A stretch of 64,000 nucleotides of DNA, taken from assembly GCA_031414775.1 (NCBI GenBank), contig JANOQI010000016.1, positions 283,738-347,737 on the forward strand, in the 5' to 3' direction. Of the stretch, positions 62,792 to 64,000 are shown one piece after another; within the stretch, counting starts at the first letter, position 1, and each line of letters begins with the position of its first letter. The notes under the pieces are model-generated. The model was not told the DNA's origin. It made no database searches and was given only the letters and a program-made list of their open reading frames with translations. Made by a program: the position numbers and the translations under genes. This DNA is from Synechococcales cyanobacterium VAR_4_metabat_354. GTDB lineage: Bacteria; Cyanobacteriota; Cyanobacteriia; Cyanobacteriales; Chamaesiphonaceae.

Positions 62792-63861
62792 CTAAAGAGA
62801 CGGGGATTCTTGAACAGCCCATATTCGGACTCTCAAAGGCGTAGTCAATGCGCCGCTACTGATTCCCTCAAGGCATAGCCCTAAAGTTACCGCTACTTTT
62901 CTAATAATGTTTGCTGCTCCATTACAGTCAGCATTGATTTTTGTGCCATCAGCACTACGGTATAGCCCACGAGATACGCGTCTTCCAGATTTTTTCCACC
63001 CTTCAGGTTTTGCACCGAACACAGGCAGAATGTCCGAATCTAGAAAACTTGCTTTACTGGTGTAGCTTTCTTCTGTCTCAATAAATTGAATCCCATACTG
63101 TTCACACAGTTGGAAGATTCTATCCTTAAGTCTAGCCGTGGGAATCTGGACAAACTTTTGATTATTTTTTTTCCCCATGTCTGCACCATCTTTTTGACCC
63201 TTGTTCCAGCCAAATACAATCGTTCCAATGCCATTTGCTAGACAGTGGCCAACAACTATTCTCGCTGCCTTGTTAATAGCATCTCGGACTTGTCTATGAC
63301 GTTTTTCGGTAATAGTGGCCAACTTCTTAGACCAAAATCCTTGGGGCTTTTTGTCTTTGATATTAGCTATCTGTTTATTGTAGAACTGGTTCAGAGACTT
63401 GAGCTTTAAGCCATCAACTATAAAAGATGTCCCAATATTACTCAGGCAAGTCAACCAGTTGTTTAAGCCGTGGTCAATCCCTAAAACTTTAGCCGCATCA
63501 AGTAGTGCTCCGCCTGTTGCTGGGGTTTCCCCAGTAATTGGGGCGGCACGTAGCTGAACCTGCTGGGACTCATTCTTGTAGACCATCTCCAAGTAAAAGC
63601 AACCATTTCTGGGTAGGATTCTATATTCCCTCATATCCTTGTAATCCAAGTTTGACGGCATTGGCACAGTAAAGGAATTAATTCCAAACCAAGCTTTAAT
63701 CTTTGTTCCTAGAGGGAAAACAAGCATCCCGTCTTTAAGTCTGACAGAGCGTCCCGTGTAGGTCACTAAAGCTAGACCACCTTGTCGATAGTTAGGTAAT
63801 CTAGGTCTTTGAGTTACCATCCCTTTCTTAATACCTTTGAGCAGTCCAATATAGGATTTAA
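62792..63861 (-). pseudogene. tnpB: TnpB RNA-guided nuclease, 5'-truncated
   Basis: RuvC motifs LGIDHG, EESYTSK, INADCNGAANI. Frame extends upstream of ATG 63820 as KSYIGLLKGIKKG and then breaks; the N-terminal region is missing. Confidence 0.85.
63503..63553. repeat. 51-bp in-frame hairpin insertion in tnpB
   Basis: gtgctccgcctgttgctgggg-ttt-ccccagtaattggggcggcac folds back on itself; removing 17 codons leaves QVQLDAAKVLGIDHG. Confidence 0.65.
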
Positions 63862-64000
63862 CAATACTCCGGACAGTTTTTTTGACGAGGCTGCAAGGCT
63901 TTCAGCACCTTTAATTCAGGAATTGGGATTTATTTCAATGTCTGGGATAATCCAGACATTGAAATAAATATCGAGCCTACGAGAGCATCAGGGCTTGCGC
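63862..64000. mobile_element. Putative terminus of a second insertion sequence interrupting tnpB
   Basis: tnpB-like coding stops abruptly after TTAA (63858-63861). The new sequence begins caatactccggacag and contains an 18-bp perfect stem (63928-63969). No transposase inside the window. Confidence 0.5.

Larger units (their letters stand above)
62777..63861 (-). mobile_element. IS200/IS605-family tnpB element, right end intact, left part not present
   Basis: Minus strand ends GAATCCCCGTCTCTTTAGAGCGGGGAGTG-TCAA (subterminal hairpin plus TCAA boundary at 62777). Confidence 0.88.

Overview
Cyanobacterial chromosomal window (psaD, ndhL, petN, ycf48, rubA, pxcA, frp, desB, ferredoxin-type glutamate synthase). 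CGATCG palindromes are abundant, often as TCGATCGA, which suggests a Chamaesiphon-like organism (inference). Most of it is core metabolism, cell division and photosynthesis genes, plus the known Anbu/transglutaminase/alpha-E/ATP-grasp cluster with a candidate NtcA box and an RND pump. The ORF track misses three things: a TPR gene running off the left edge, petN, and several pseudogene segments. The most unusual region is a ~3 kb island between gltB and desB. There, four decayed copies of a composite REP-like repeat, each with a -10-like hexamer, separate small cassettes: an unknown gene pair, a frameshifted putative HEPN-like gene, a truncated vapC, and an intact antitoxin with a dead PIN toxin. 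This island and two other rearrangement points show a local G/T-to-C/A strand-skew flip. At the right edge an IS200/IS605 tnpB element ends 24 bp upstream of rtcB, carries a 51-bp in-frame hairpin insertion, and is cut at its 5' end by unrelated, probably IS-derived, sequence. No rRNA, tRNA or CRISPR array was seen. All family assignments come from motif recognition, not database searches.
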